Shown: piece by piece, positions 22,881 to 34,687 of the stretch | Numbering within the stretch: position 1 is the first letter of the stretch | How the letters are laid out: every line of letters begins with the position of its first letter | The notes under the pieces: model-generated | Seen by the model: the letters and a program-made list of their open reading frames with translations, nothing else | The model's database searches: none | Told to the model about the DNA's origin: nothing | Source of the DNA: Sedimentisphaerales bacterium | GTDB taxonomy: Bacteria; Planctomycetota; Phycisphaerae; Sedimentisphaerales; SM23-30 | Direction of reading: 5' to 3' | Assembly (NCBI GenBank): GCA_963663965.2 | Contig: CAXXFK010000006.1 | Span: 192,001-256,000, forward strand | DNA length: 64,000 nt | Program-made: the position numbers and the translations under genes

Positions 22881-24036
22881 ATGAAAATAATCGAATTACT
22901 TCGGATGATAACAATTGTCATGCTTTTAGGAATTGCTTGTCCGCTTCAGGCATATCCAGCCGATTTTATATTCAAAGACGACACCTTGATAGGTGGTAAC
23001 TTCCAGAGCCATAATCAGAAAGTCGTCTATACGGCTAACGGCATATTTCGCACTGCCGAGGGCGGGCGTGTCTATCACAGTACCGACGGCGGCAGCAGCT
23101 TTAACATGATCTATAACGCCAACATCACCGATCTTAGGTCCCCGACCATTGAGGCGGATGAAGACAATAATGTTTATGTGATTTACCCTGAAGGCGAGTA
23201 CCGTAGGACGCGATTTCTAAAGTTCAGTCCGTCCAACGACTATGCCGCACCGGTGGTCAACAAGGCCCATACGCAGGCCTTTAGCGCCGCAAAATTCGCC
23301 TCATTTTACGATCCGACCCGCTCGGTGATTTATCACGTAACCCAATGGGGCTACTTGTTTACCTTCGATATGGACGGCAATTTCGTTCGCGGCAAGCAGC
23401 TTTTTACAGACGGATCGACCGGTTCGGCTCCGTCCTATCCTCACCTGTTTGTTGATGTTGACGGCATCATTCACTATGGCCTGACGACTCACGATGCCGC
23501 TGGAGCCATCCCTTATGAGACGATTCGCTACCTGAAGTCGCTCGATGGTGGCATAACTTGGAAGAAAATGGACGGCACGACGGTCTCGACTCCAGCCAGC
23601 TCTGATCCTGACAGTACCGGCTCGACACGGATCAATCCAGCCAATAAAACGGCTTACACGACCTGGCTGGCCAATATGCACGCCAAGAACGGCAAGGTGC
23701 ATTTTGTCTGGTATGTGCGCAATTGTGAAGGGCAGCCGACGATTACACAGTATATGCATTATAAGCGATACGATATTGACACCGGCATCTGCGATGTCGA
23801 CAGTTCGCCAAACGGCACCGCCGGTGGGGACCCCCAATGGAAAGGGCAGGATTTAGCACTGATGAATTATTCGGCGGCGTTCGCTTCCAATCCAGACACC
23901 CAAGGCGGACCTCTTTTGGTGGTCGGACATGAAGGCATCCAGCGGCTCATTGCATTGATTAGTTATGACGATGGACAAACCTGGAACGACTATGCTTATT
24001 CTCGCTGGTTTTCACAGTGTTATGATGTTGGATTAG
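22881..24036 (+). pseudogene. Secreted BNR/Asp-box beta-propeller protein, 3'-truncated
   Basis: Signal peptide; Asp boxes STDGGSSF, SLDGGITW, SYDDGQTW; the sequence switches to sulfatase-like content after about 24036. Confidence 0.72.
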
Positions 24037-24592
24037 CACGTGCGATAACGGCGCTGAGGATGGCTATCGTGCAGCCGGCAGGAGTCAGAACGCCTCTTAC
24101 CCCAGGATTTCAAACGAGTTTTCGATGCCGATTGAGGGCAGCAGCGGAAAACTACGGGGCTGGAAAGGACAGCTTTATGAAGGCGGCATACGGGTACCGG
24201 CAGTGGTGAGCTATCCAAAATTGTTGAAATCGGGCAAGGTTGAACAGCCGGTTCATATTGTGGATTGGATGCCGACACTGTGTGCAGTTGCCGGTTGCAG
24301 ATTACCGGACAATGTCCAGGTCGATGGACAAAATATATGGCCCTGTATCACTGGTCAGAAAACACGAGATGAGCCGAGAGTCTTGTATTGGAGGACTCCT
24401 GATCAGATGGCGCTGCGAAAGGGGGATTGGAAGCTTATTATTCATACCGCCATTGACTCCCAAGCCGAGTTGTATAATATTCAGGCCGATCCCTTTGAAA
24501 AGGACAATTTAGCTGATACGTATCCAGAACGGGTAAAGCAGTTACAGGCATTACTCAATCAAGAACGGAACCAAGACAGTAACAAAAGTTAG
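24037..24592 (+). pseudogene. 3' remnant of an arylsulfatase (S1 family)
   Basis: 'CDNG' (SDNG-like), 'LRGWKGQLYEGGIRVP', 'ELYNIQADPFE'; the N-terminal CxPxR catalytic motif is absent. Confidence 0.85.
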
Positions 24593-24720
24593 AGGCTGTG
24601 ATGTATCGCTTGATCAGCCCGCTTTGAAATTACAGAACATAAAATGGAAATGCATTTGAGTCTGTTTGCTTTCTACAAATACAGACAATAAAGTTAATGA
24701 AATACATAATTGGAGACAGT

Positions 24721-27700
24721 ATGAAGCAGAGAAAAAAAATTACTGCATTATGCCAGCTCAGCGTTTACCTGATGTTTTCAATCACCGTTCAATCCCTTCA
24801 TGCAGAAAAAGAAGGGTTTACTGAGGATGATTTAACTGGACCAGGTAATATGATGAGTCGTTATCTCTTGGATCAGTCTGACGCTGCTTGGCAGCAGTGG
24901 CAGTTAAATTTTGAAGACGTCAAAACACCAGAGGAAATCCAGGCTTATCAGGAACGGATGCGACCCCTTTTTTTGAAAAGTCTGGGTGATTTCCCAGAAC
25001 GCACGCCGCTTAATGCGCAGGTGGTTGGTACACTGCAGCGGCCGGGATACCGAGTTGAAAAGATTCTTTTCGAAAGCCAGCCCCGGTTTCATGTGACCGG
25101 ATCACTGTTTATTCCCGATTCCGATAAATGGCCCGCTCCTTATCCAGGGGTATTGGTACCCTGTGGTCACACCGAGAACGGAAAAGCGTGGGATGAGTAC
25201 CAGTCCATGGGGGCTCTGTTAGCGCTGAATGGCATGGTTGCGTTGGTTTACGATCCGGTGGATCAGGGCGAACGCATGCAAATAGTCAATAAGGACGGCA
25301 TATACCCTTTTTGGGGCACACGAGGGCACACGATGGCTGGGATTGGCTGTATCCTGCTGGCTCGAAATACGGCCACCTATGAGATATGGGACGGAATGCG
25401 TGCAATCGACTATCTGCAATCCCGGCCGGAGGTCGATCCTGAACGGATCGGCTGTACCGGCAACAGCGGCGGGGGCACACAAACCTCAATGTTGATGGCT
25501 TTGGATCCACGCATCAAAGCAGCGGCACCAAGTTGCTGGATCGAAACCAAAGCAAGACAGTTGCAAGGTCCAACAGGAGATGCAGAACAAAATATTTATG
25601 CAGGACTCAAGAACGGACTAGAGCATGCGGACTTCATTATGATGTGTGCGCCTAGTCCGGTGCTGGTGTGTGCGGCTACCAAAGATTTCTTTGACATTAG
25701 GGCTACATGGGAGGCCTTTCGTTACGCCAAACGTCGCTTTACCACTATGGGACATGCGGAAAAAGTGGATATTCTCGAAAATGATGCCGGTCATAATTAT
25801 AATCGAACCCAACGGGAAGGGGTGGCTCGTTGGATGGCACGATGGCTTCAAGATCGTGTGGTAACGATTACTGAACCTGAGCTTGATTTGTTTTCAGAAA
25901 AAGAGTTGCAGTGTACTCCACGAGGGCAGGTGATGCTGCTGGCCGGTGAACGGTCTATGTACGATATAAATAAGGAGATGGAAACACAGTATGCCGGCTT
26001 GCGTGCAAAGCGACTCAAAGAAATGACATTGGAGGAGATACAGTCAAAAATTCGGAACATTGCGGTTATTCGCAAATTGGAACAACTGCCGCCTCCCAAA
26101 GTTGAAAAGCATCAGACAACGCAATCGGATGGTGGTAGTGTTTGCTATTATACTATTTGGCCGGAAGATGGTATCTGGCTGCCGGCGGTATTGTACTGTC
26201 CCGCAACAGTTGAAAAGGATCCTATTTTGTTACTGCATGAAAATGGGAAAAAGGCTGTCGAAGAGGAATCGCTTCGTCGAATGAAAAGTGGTCAACCGGT
26301 ACTGGCTGTCGACCTGCGGGGCACGGGTGAGACTGAACAGACGGCACAAACCAAATTTGGCAAACTAATAGGTTTGGACTGGGAGGATTATTACAGGGGC
26401 TATGTATTGGGCCGATCGTATGTCGGTATGCGTGCTGAAGATATTTTGATCTGTGCCCGCTGGCTTGGGAGCCAGTATCAAACGGATGCGGTCGCGGTTG
26501 ATGCGACGGGGCATATTGGTGTTCCTGCATTGCATGCGGCCGCGTTGGAACCCCATCTGATCAAAACGCTGCATCTTGATCAGACCTTAGCATCCTGGCG
26601 TATTGTCGTTTCTCAACGCCCAACCTATAATCAATTAATCAATACGATTCATGGAGCACTGCGGGTTTATGATCTGCCGGATCTGGCGGCCTTAGTGCCG
26701 GATCGGATCACGATCGAGCATCCTGTTGATGCTCAACGCAATCCACTGCAACAATTACAGCAATCTTATACGGTTGTCCGGGATTCAAAAGAATCAACTT
26801 TCGATATTACTGATTATGGTGCGGTTGCCGGAGGCGAACAATTATGTACTGCAGCGATTCAAAAGACCGTCGATGCGTGTCATCAGGCTGGCGGCGGACA
26901 AGTTATTGTGCCGAAGGGGACTTTCTTGTGCGGCGGCTTGATTCTCAAAAGCAATGTTAATTTGTATTTGGCCGAGGGGGCTCGACTTCTCGGTAGTGCA
27001 AATCTTGAAGATTATCCGATCAAGATTCCGGAATTCAAATCTCGGACTAACGATCTTTATGTCAATCGGAGCATTCTTTATGCTGAAAAAGCGAAAAATG
27101 TATCGGTGACTGGCCTGGGGATAATCGATGGCAATGGGCGTGATCCAGCGTTTAGCCGCACCTATCCTCAGAAAAATCGACCGTTTGTGGCTCGTTTTGT
27201 TGAATGTGAAAATCTGACCATCCGGAATGTATCGATGTTGGAGTCGGCAAACTGGACCTGTCATCTGCTTGGTTGTGATCAGGTGACAGTTGATGGTCTA
27301 AAGATTCGCAACTCTGTTCGTGCTAACCGCGACGGACTTGATATTGACAGCAGTCGAAATGTGTCGGTGACCAATTGCCAAATATATTCCCAAGATGACG
27401 CGATTGTACTCAAGAGTACGTCTTACGAGCCGGCCAAGCAGATCCTGATAGAAAATTGTGAAGTCTCTTCTCATGCCTCCGGGATTAAAATGGGAACCGA
27501 ATCCAGCCGCGGTTTTGAAGATGTCATTATCCGCCACTGCAAGATACGGGATGTGCCAAATGTCTCAGGACTGGGTTTTATGATTGTCGATGGAGGTTCA
27601 ATCCGGAATATCCAGGTCAGTGACATTGTAATGGATCGTGTCAATGTGCCCATCTTCCTGCGTCTGGGTAAACGATCCCGTCCTGTTGCCGCGGGCGATC

Positions 27701-28620
27701 CGGTTCCGGGGGTTGGTATTGTCGAAGATGTTTCTTTTTCAAATATTACCGCAAAACATGCGGGATATCCCTGTAATATATCCGGCCTGCATGAACGAAA
27801 AATTGACAGCATTTCATTCAAAAATATTTCACTGCAGTTTGATTACCAGGGCCAGACCGATCCGGTAGCTTATAATAAAGTTCCGTTCAAAGAACAGTCT
27901 TATCCCTACGGCAACCTCTATGGAGACAGTATTCCGGCATCGGCATTTTATTTTCGGAATGTATCCAATCTAAGCCTGCAAGATATCAATATTGAAATAA
28001 CCGGTCGAAACGAACGCGTACCATTTGTGCTGGACAGGATTAAGGATGCAAAGTTGCGTAATTGTAATATTGAAAGCTCAATCGATCTGGAATCTTTTTT
28101 CTATATTAGGAATGCCGCAAATGTAAGCCTTCAGGGGCGTAATCGAAAAAACGGGCTTGCCTATGTGATTTATGAAAAAGACAACTGCTACGATTTAAGG
28201 TTGAAAGAGATGCCGGGCGATGGAATGTTGGGTTACCGTGAAGTGGAATCTTTGCCGGATAAAACATACGAAGATGTTTCGGCTTACTCTCGCGTGAAAT
28301 TCGAGGGGGATACCTACCGAGGAAAATCCTGTATAAAGCTGGATCAGAAAAACACGTTTACCCTTGATGCTAAAAAGGGAAGTCCGTGTCAGATTCTTTT
28401 TTTAGCTGCCTGTGAGCAGGACGAAGCTCAGAGAGTTGAGTTACTTATCAATCAAAAGCGATGCAACATCGAAGTTGATTCGGCGGAATGGAGATGGAGT
28501 TCCATTTATATTCTGGAGCCGCTTGAAACATCAACGGTGACCTTGGAACTGCTTGGCAAACTGCAATCCTGTGTTCGTATTGCCGAAGCGGCTCTGGTTT
28601 GTAAAGCGATAACGGATTAA
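24721..28620 (+). CDS. Fusion of acetylxylan-esterase-like double alpha/beta hydrolase + GH28 polygalacturonase-like domain + C-terminal beta domain
   Basis: Nucleophile elbow GNSGGG; GH28 motifs 'ITDYGAV', NRDG, QDD, 'GIKMGTES'; one 1300-aa ORF. Confidence 0.85.
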   Translation: MKQRKKITALCQLSVYLMFSITVQSLHAEKEGFTEDDLTGPGNMMSRYLLDQSDAAWQQWQLNFEDVKTPEEIQAYQERMRPLFLKSLGDFPERTPLNAQVVGTLQRPGYRVEKILFESQPRFHVTGSLFIPDSDKWPAPYPGVLVPCGHTENGKAWDEYQSMGALLALNGMVALVYDPVDQGERMQIVNKDGIYPFWGTRGHTMAGIGCILLARNTATYEIWDGMRAIDYLQSRPEVDPERIGCTGNSGGGTQTSMLMALDPRIKAAAPSCWIETKARQLQGPTGDAEQNIYAGLKNGLEHADFIMMCAPSPVLVCAATKDFFDIRATWEAFRYAKRRFTTMGHAEKVDILENDAGHNYNRTQREGVARWMARWLQDRVVTITEPELDLFSEKELQCTPRGQVMLLAGERSMYDINKEMETQYAGLRAKRLKEMTLEEIQSKIRNIAVIRKLEQLPPPKVEKHQTTQSDGGSVCYYTIWPEDGIWLPAVLYCPATVEKDPILLLHENGKKAVEEESLRRMKSGQPVLAVDLRGTGETEQTAQTKFGKLIGLDWEDYYRGYVLGRSYVGMRAEDILICARWLGSQYQTDAVAVDATGHIGVPALHAAALEPHLIKTLHLDQTLASWRIVVSQRPTYNQLINTIHGALRVYDLPDLAALVPDRITIEHPVDAQRNPLQQLQQSYTVVRDSKESTFDITDYGAVAGGEQLCTAAIQKTVDACHQAGGGQVIVPKGTFLCGGLILKSNVNLYLAEGARLLGSANLEDYPIKIPEFKSRTNDLYVNRSILYAEKAKNVSVTGLGIIDGNGRDPAFSRTYPQKNRPFVARFVECENLTIRNVSMLESANWTCHLLGCDQVTVDGLKIRNSVRANRDGLDIDSSRNVSVTNCQIYSQDDAIVLKSTSYEPAKQILIENCEVSSHASGIKMGTESSRGFEDVIIRHCKIRDVPNVSGLGFMIVDGGSIRNIQVSDIVMDRVNVPIFLRLGKRSRPVAAGDPVPGVGIVEDVSFSNITAKHAGYPCNISGLHERKIDSISFKNISLQFDYQGQTDPVAYNKVPFKEQSYPYGNLYGDSIPASAFYFRNVSNLSLQDINIEITGRNERVPFVLDRIKDAKLRNCNIESSIDLESFFYIRNAANVSLQGRNRKNGLAYVIYEKDNCYDLRLKEMPGDGMLGYREVESLPDKTYEDVSAYSRVKFEGDTYRGKSCIKLDQKNTFTLDAKKGSPCQILFLAACEQDEAQRVELLINQKRCNIEVDSAEWRWSSIYILEPLETSTVTLELLGKLQSCVRIAEAALVCKAITD

Positions 28621-28654
28621 TAAAAATTCAAAAGGTAAGGAAAGGCACGTAGAA

Positions 28655-31600
28655 ATGGCAGTCAAACAACTTATATGGATTACAGCGATAACCGCAAGCT
28701 TAAGTTTTCAATCTATTTTTGCGAGGGAGGCTTCAAATCTACAGATACCTGAGGAGATTATGCCGATCCAGGCGCCGTTTAGGATGCCGCAATTGAAACG
28801 GCCACAGTTTCCGGACCGGACGTTTGATATTCGTGATTATGGAGCAGTTCAATGCAAGTGGGATGCGGATAAACAGCAGAAAAGTACCGATGCGATTGGC
28901 AAGGCGATTGAAGCCTGCCACCAGGCCGGCGGCGGTAAAGTCCTGATCCCCGCAGGGGATTGGATAACCGGAGCGATCCATTTAAAAAGCCATGTCAATT
29001 TGTATATTGCCGAAGGGGCGGTGGTTCATTTTAGTAATGACCTGAAGGATTATTTGCCGATGGTTCACATTCGTTCTGAAGGGGTGGAGTGTTATAATTA
29101 CTCTCCTTTGATCTATGCCCCTCACACTGAGAATATCGCCATTACCGGCAAGGGCACGTTCCACGGTCATGGCCGCTGGTGGTGGTCCTGGTTTAAAAAG
29201 AATTACCGCATGGACCGCAGCAAAGCCTCTAAGGTTGCCCTGAAAGATCGCCCGTTTGGCAAAGGGGCCGGTCTGGAGGGGATGCGGCCGTCCTTTATTA
29301 TGCCCTGGAAGTCCAAGAACATCCTAATCGAAGGAATCACGCTGATCGAGTCTCCCATGTGGAACGTTCACCCTGTTTACAGCGAGAATATCATTGTTCG
29401 TGGGATCACGATTCACAGCCTTGATTCCCCGAACGGCGATGGAATTAATCCCGACTCGTGTAAAAATGTCCTGATTGAATACAATCATCTTCAAACGGGT
29501 GATGACGCGGTTACGATCAAGTCCGGCTTAAATGAAGACGGACTTAATATTGGTATCCCCTGTGAAAATATCGTTGTCCGAAATTTTGTCGCGCGTGATG
29601 TGCGAACCGGCAGCGGAGGAATTGTTTTCGGCAGTGAAACCTCCGGTGGGATTCGCAATGTGTATGTCCATAACGCTCTATTTGAGGGCTGTGACCGGGG
29701 CATTCGTTTTAAGACAGCACGCGGTCGCGGCAATGTCGTTGAGAATATTTACATTCGTGATGTCCAAATGAACGACATCAAATATTCGGCCATTAACATT
29801 AACTCCTACTATGAACGCAATGCAATGGGTAAATCCCCGCTGTTCCGGAATATGGTCATTCGTGATATTCAGGTCGACGGCGCCCGTATTGCGATTGAGG
29901 TGACGGGTTTGCCTGAAAAGTGGATAGAAAACATTAATATCAAGGATGCAGTTTTCAAAAATGTTGACGGCGGTGCTGATTTTCATCGGGTTAAAGAATT
30001 GTCGCTTGAAAATGTGACAATTGATTCAAAAGGACGTCCGATTGATCTTGAGGATGTATTTGCAGTGTCGATTAAAAATGTTGAACTAAACGGAGAAAAG
30101 CAAGTCCCTCCCATTCAAATTCGTGGTTCAGAAAGTGGGGCAATTACTATTGAAGGATTAGCTCCTGAACAAGTTGAGTGTTCGAGTGAGATCCGGAAAA
30201 ATGGAATTAAAATTAGCGACGGTCTGGGAAGAGCCCCTTGGTCAAAGCAGGGTGTTGCAGGATTCAGGAAGGACTTAGCCAAGCAAGAGAGGCTTGAAAG
30301 TCAGCTGACTTCGAACATATCTATCGAGGATTCCGCCGATTTACTTGAATTTAGCGATAGTGCCGTCGGCCTTATTGCGGCCAAGTCTGCAAGGGGGACG
30401 TTGAAGGGGCAAACGTGCCAACTGAAAACACAAACCGACAACCAGCGAACCGGGGTGTCACTGGAAGTCAATGGACAGGTTTTACTAACTTCGCCGCCGG
30501 AAGGGCTTTGGTCGGTGGCGACCGGATGGGAAGATGACTGGCCTACTGACTGGGTACATGGATCGCCTGAGATGATCGAACAGCAGGGGCCATGGCTGGT
30601 GATGAACGGTTCGGTTGGGACGGATGAAGGTGACTGGAAAATCCGGGATGCTTATATTGCCGAAGGCCGCCTGATTCGCGGTGTGCGGCGATGGACCTGG
30701 ACGGGCAAAAGGCCTGCTAAAAAAGTGTCGCTGTCAGTGCGTTTTCAGTCGCCGGATTCCGGTGCCGCGATCTTTATGCCGGGGATTTGTTACTACGGCA
30801 ATCCCGCCGATAAGCCGCCGCGAGTGGCAAAATTCAGCGGCAAACCAGGTGAGGAACTGCTGTGTGAGGAACACCGGTTCGGGATGCCGTTTGCCTCACT
30901 GGAGTGGGATTTAAATCAGCAGTGTTACGGCGTGGCCCTTCACACTATGCCGTCGTTGACGCCGTTTGCCAACGTGGCCGATCAGTGGTGGTCTTTGGGG
31001 GGGATCGGTCGTGACAATGCGACGGAGTTGACATTATTAAGCGGTCCCTGTTCGCTGAACGGTCAGCGCAGCTTTGTCAAGGCCAATCAGGACCGATCGC
31101 TGAAGTATCCGGATATGTGGATGGATGTTCCGCCAGGGGCGGTGATTGAAAAGACGTTCTACCTGGAGGCCTATCCGGTTGCCGCCAAAGGCAAGGGCTT
31201 CCAGCATTCAATCCGGTCGTCGGTCGAGCTGTTTCATCCGTACAGTACGGACGGTATGCCGACATTTGATGAAATCATTGAAGGCAAGTACCGGTTTACG
31301 GTGTCCCGCTGGCATGAGGACACCGAGTCGGCGGGGATCCGCAAGTATCCGCATAACAATGACTATGTGATGGGTTGGGCCGGCCAGTCGGATGCGCCGG
31401 GATATGCGCTTCTGGCACTATCTGAACGTTTGGGTGACCCGAAGGCCATGGAGATGGCCCAGCGGCTGATGGATCATCTGACGACTTCCCCGTTTAATGA
31501 AGACGGTTTTATGGTTCGTTACAATCCGGACAAGAATCAGTGGCATAGTCAGGATCCTATTTCACAGGGCCAGGCGATGGAAAGTCTTGGGCGGGCAATT

Positions 31601-32380
31601 CTGATCGGCCAAACCATGGATAAGATTGATACCTCAAAATGGGAAGCATTTTTGAAAAAGGCCTGTGATATTCACGCTGCCCGGATCTTGGATTCAGCGT
31701 GGCGACCGCGGTCAACCAATCAAGGTTTTTTGGTTTCGCCTCTGTGCAAGGCTTATCGACTGTTTGGAAATGAGGTTTATAAACGGGCCGCGACCAAAGC
31801 TACCGAGCATTACGCCGCTCGTCACTTGGATATGACCGAACCGTACTGGGGTGGTACGCTGGACGCCCGCTGCGAGGACAAGGAAGGGGCCTGGGCGGGT
31901 TTTCAGGCATTTTTAGCCATGTACGAGATGACCAAAGAGAAAAAATATCTGGACTGGGCCGAACACGCGATGGATGTGACGCTCAGCTATACCGTGGTGT
32001 GGGATATTGATATGCCGCCGGGGCGATTGCGGGATCACAACTTCAAATCTCGCGGCTGGACGGTGGTTTCAGCGCAGAATCAGCATCTGGATGTTTACGG
32101 TGTGCTTTATACGCCGGAAATATACAGGATGGGACAGTATCTCGGACGGGAGGATTTGAAAAAGTTGGCGATTGTGATGTATCGCAGTTGTGGTCAGTTG
32201 ATTGACCCGTTCGGCAGTCAGGGCGAACAGATTCAGCACACAAATTTTTCGCAGCGTGGAAACATGGATGATGTGACACGGATGCGGGGCGGTTACTCCG
32301 AGGGCTGGACGGTGTATTGGATTACGGCACACTTCCTCAATGCTGCTGCCCAGTTTCAGGAAATGGGCCTCCTGAAATAG
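28655..32380 (+). CDS. GH28 domain fused to an uncharacterised C-terminal (probably alpha/alpha toroid) domain
   Basis: GH28 motifs NGDG, GDD, 'GGIVFGSE', 'GIRFKT'; C-terminal ~670 aa with a beta-rich then helical Trp/Tyr-rich region (YWGGTLDARCEDKEG). Confidence 0.82.
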   Translation: MAVKQLIWITAITASLSFQSIFAREASNLQIPEEIMPIQAPFRMPQLKRPQFPDRTFDIRDYGAVQCKWDADKQQKSTDAIGKAIEACHQAGGGKVLIPAGDWITGAIHLKSHVNLYIAEGAVVHFSNDLKDYLPMVHIRSEGVECYNYSPLIYAPHTENIAITGKGTFHGHGRWWWSWFKKNYRMDRSKASKVALKDRPFGKGAGLEGMRPSFIMPWKSKNILIEGITLIESPMWNVHPVYSENIIVRGITIHSLDSPNGDGINPDSCKNVLIEYNHLQTGDDAVTIKSGLNEDGLNIGIPCENIVVRNFVARDVRTGSGGIVFGSETSGGIRNVYVHNALFEGCDRGIRFKTARGRGNVVENIYIRDVQMNDIKYSAININSYYERNAMGKSPLFRNMVIRDIQVDGARIAIEVTGLPEKWIENINIKDAVFKNVDGGADFHRVKELSLENVTIDSKGRPIDLEDVFAVSIKNVELNGEKQVPPIQIRGSESGAITIEGLAPEQVECSSEIRKNGIKISDGLGRAPWSKQGVAGFRKDLAKQERLESQLTSNISIEDSADLLEFSDSAVGLIAAKSARGTLKGQTCQLKTQTDNQRTGVSLEVNGQVLLTSPPEGLWSVATGWEDDWPTDWVHGSPEMIEQQGPWLVMNGSVGTDEGDWKIRDAYIAEGRLIRGVRRWTWTGKRPAKKVSLSVRFQSPDSGAAIFMPGICYYGNPADKPPRVAKFSGKPGEELLCEEHRFGMPFASLEWDLNQQCYGVALHTMPSLTPFANVADQWWSLGGIGRDNATELTLLSGPCSLNGQRSFVKANQDRSLKYPDMWMDVPPGAVIEKTFYLEAYPVAAKGKGFQHSIRSSVELFHPYSTDGMPTFDEIIEGKYRFTVSRWHEDTESAGIRKYPHNNDYVMGWAGQSDAPGYALLALSERLGDPKAMEMAQRLMDHLTTSPFNEDGFMVRYNPDKNQWHSQDPISQGQAMESLGRAILIGQTMDKIDTSKWEAFLKKACDIHAARILDSAWRPRSTNQGFLVSPLCKAYRLFGNEVYKRAATKATEHYAARHLDMTEPYWGGTLDARCEDKEGAWAGFQAFLAMYEMTKEKKYLDWAEHAMDVTLSYTVVWDIDMPPGRLRDHNFKSRGWTVVSAQNQHLDVYGVLYTPEIYRMGQYLGREDLKKLAIVMYRSCGQLIDPFGSQGEQIQHTNFSQRGNMDDVTRMRGGYSEGWTVYWITAHFLNAAAQFQEMGLLK

Positions 32381-32500
32381 ATGTTTGCTTCACCGACAGA
32401 ATCGCATTGTAAACTGTCTCTTGCAAGTCGATTTTGATCGAAATGCGTCAGTCAGTTTAAGCGGGTTTGGAAAATGTAATTGAATGAAAGAATGTATATT

Positions 32501-33518
32501 ATGACGCGATTAATTCTACTGGGAATATTAGTTTCTGTCGGTGTTTGCAAGGCCGGTGTGGTGGAATATCCGCAGATGGTTGAGATCAAAGAAACGGATT
32601 CCGCTGCCAATATTATCGAAAAGTCCGCCAGTGTGCGGCCGTCCCCCCAACAGTTGGAATATCATGGGCAGGAGTTCATTGCTTTTATCCACTTTGGCCC
32701 AAATACCTTTAGAGGCGTCGAATGGGGAAACGGCAAGGAAGATCCCAAAGTGTTTAATCCATCGATGGTTGATACGAATTAGTGGTGCGCTCTTATCAAG
32801 GCTGCCGGGATGAAGAAGGTGCTCCTGACTGTAAAGCACCATGACGGCTATTGTCTCTGGCAGACACGTTACAATAAGAACTTTTCCGTGCATCAGTCAC
32901 GGTGGAAAAACGGTAAGGGCGATGTGCTGAGAAAGCTGGTCGATTCGGCGAAAAAGTATGGTCTTAAAATAGGTGTTTATCTCAGTCCGGCAGATCTTTA
33001 CCAGATGGAAAACGCCGACGGGTATTACGGGAATCTCAGCAAATATCAGGACAGTATTATCCCAACAGAAGTCGAAGCTTTTCGTAGTGATCCGATGAAA
33101 CAGCGAAAGGTGCCTGCGGACTGGCCGGCGTTCAAAGTCAGTGCTGACGACTACAATCGTTATTTCATGAATCAGCTATACGAATTACTGACCGAGTACG
33201 GCCCGGTCCATGAGGTCTGGTTTGACGGAGCGCATCCCAAACGTAAGGGCGGCCAGAAATATATCCGACACGAATGGTTTGCCTTAATTCGTAAACTTGC
33301 ACCTCAAGCGGTCATTTTGGCGGCCCGGATGTACGTTGGTGCGGCAATGAGCATGGCGGTACACGTGACAGCGAGTGGAACGTCCTGACAATCGACAACT
33401 TAAAAGTCTGCGGCTATGACCGTCCGGATAATGATATTGCGTCAGATAGTAAAATTACTGCACCGGACTATTCGGTGTATGATGAAAAGTTCAAGAGCAA
33501 AAGTCTTTATTACCTCTT
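32501..33518 (+). pseudogene. GH29 alpha-L-fucosidase pseudogene
   Basis: 'FIHFGPNTF', 'KHHDGYCLW', 'VWFDGA'; in-frame TAG at 32780-32782, frameshift near 33317, truncated near 33518 by mobile DNA. Confidence 0.9.
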
Positions 33519-33626
33519 AGGGTACAAAAAACAAATTTCCATAATTTCATTAAAATCAGATACTTAAATAATGTTCGGACAAACCTGATTGCAAGTTTTT
33601 ACTGATTTAATTGACTTTGGGGGACG

Positions 33627-34400
33627 ATGAAACAGAGGATATGGATCACCCTTGTGACATATATTGCCTACGGCATCAATAATGAGCTCTATCAGGCAAT
33701 TGAGTATCTCAAAACTCAGGTGGAAGTCTTGATTGAACAACAGGAAAAACCAGAACAAGCGAATTCTTCTCACCAACAGTCAACGAATGCGAATTGCCGC
33801 TAAAGCTAAGAGGCTCAGTAGGAAAGTGCTTGAGCAATGCACCGAGTTGTTTACGGCAGACACGGTGATTCGGTGGTATAACAAACTCATTGCTGAAAAG
33901 TACGATGTTTCTTCCAAACGGGGCAAAGTAGGCAGACCACCGATAACAACTGAAATAGTCAATCTGGTCATCAGATTCAAGAAGGAAAATCCTCGATGGG
34001 GTTATGAGAAAATCAAAGATCAAATGGAGTATCTTGGTTTTGAGATTAGCAAATCATCGGTCAAAAATATTCTCATTGAAAACGGCTATGATCCGGAACC
34101 TGATCTGATCGTTAGATCAACCTGGCATGAATTCTTAAAAAGCCATTGGGAGGTCATGGCCGCATGCGACTTTTTCACCATTGAGCTTCTGGTCGGGCGT
34201 AAACTGATTCGTTGCACGGTCTTCTTTGCCATTGAATTTTCCAGCAGAAGAGTATTCTTCGCTCCTATTCAACTTCAGCCTGATGGTCAGTATATGAAAC
34301 AGGTTGCACGAATCCTTACTGACTGCGAGGATGGTTTTCTAAAAGGGAAACGCTATCTCATCCATGATCGTGATCCATTGTATCGATCAGAAGGTTTTCA
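33627..34400 (+). pseudogene. Truncated rve-type integrase/transposase (planctomycete IS3/IS481-like)
   Basis: 'IEYLKTQVEVL' N-terminus (frameshift near 33745), 'ENPRWGY', 'AACDFFT', 'LIHDRD'; the final catalytic Glu region is missing. Confidence 0.82.
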
Positions 34401-34629
34401 AGTCTCTCGCAGAAATAACAGAACCAATTGGTAACATAGAGGTTATGGATAGCAACCAGAATGACTGTGCCTCAAAGCTTGCCTTTTTGGCGGAACAGGA
34501 TGAACAATTCCGGACACTTTTAGAGATATGGCAAGATTTAAAGGATTGGCAAAAGCAGGCCATAATTGCAATTGTTCATGGAACCTGATGGATTTATAAT
34601 TTATGTCTCGACTGTTGGCTATTCTGTTA

Positions 34630-34687
34630 CGGTCCTATACTTTTACTCCGCCCCGGCAGGCGCTGCACTTTTACTCCGGCGTTTACA
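34630..34687 (+). mobile_element. Right end of an IS21-family element
   Basis: Two acttttactccg repeats (34639, 34667) ending in ...tttACA at 34687; IS66 tnpC sequence resumes immediately after. Confidence 0.65.
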
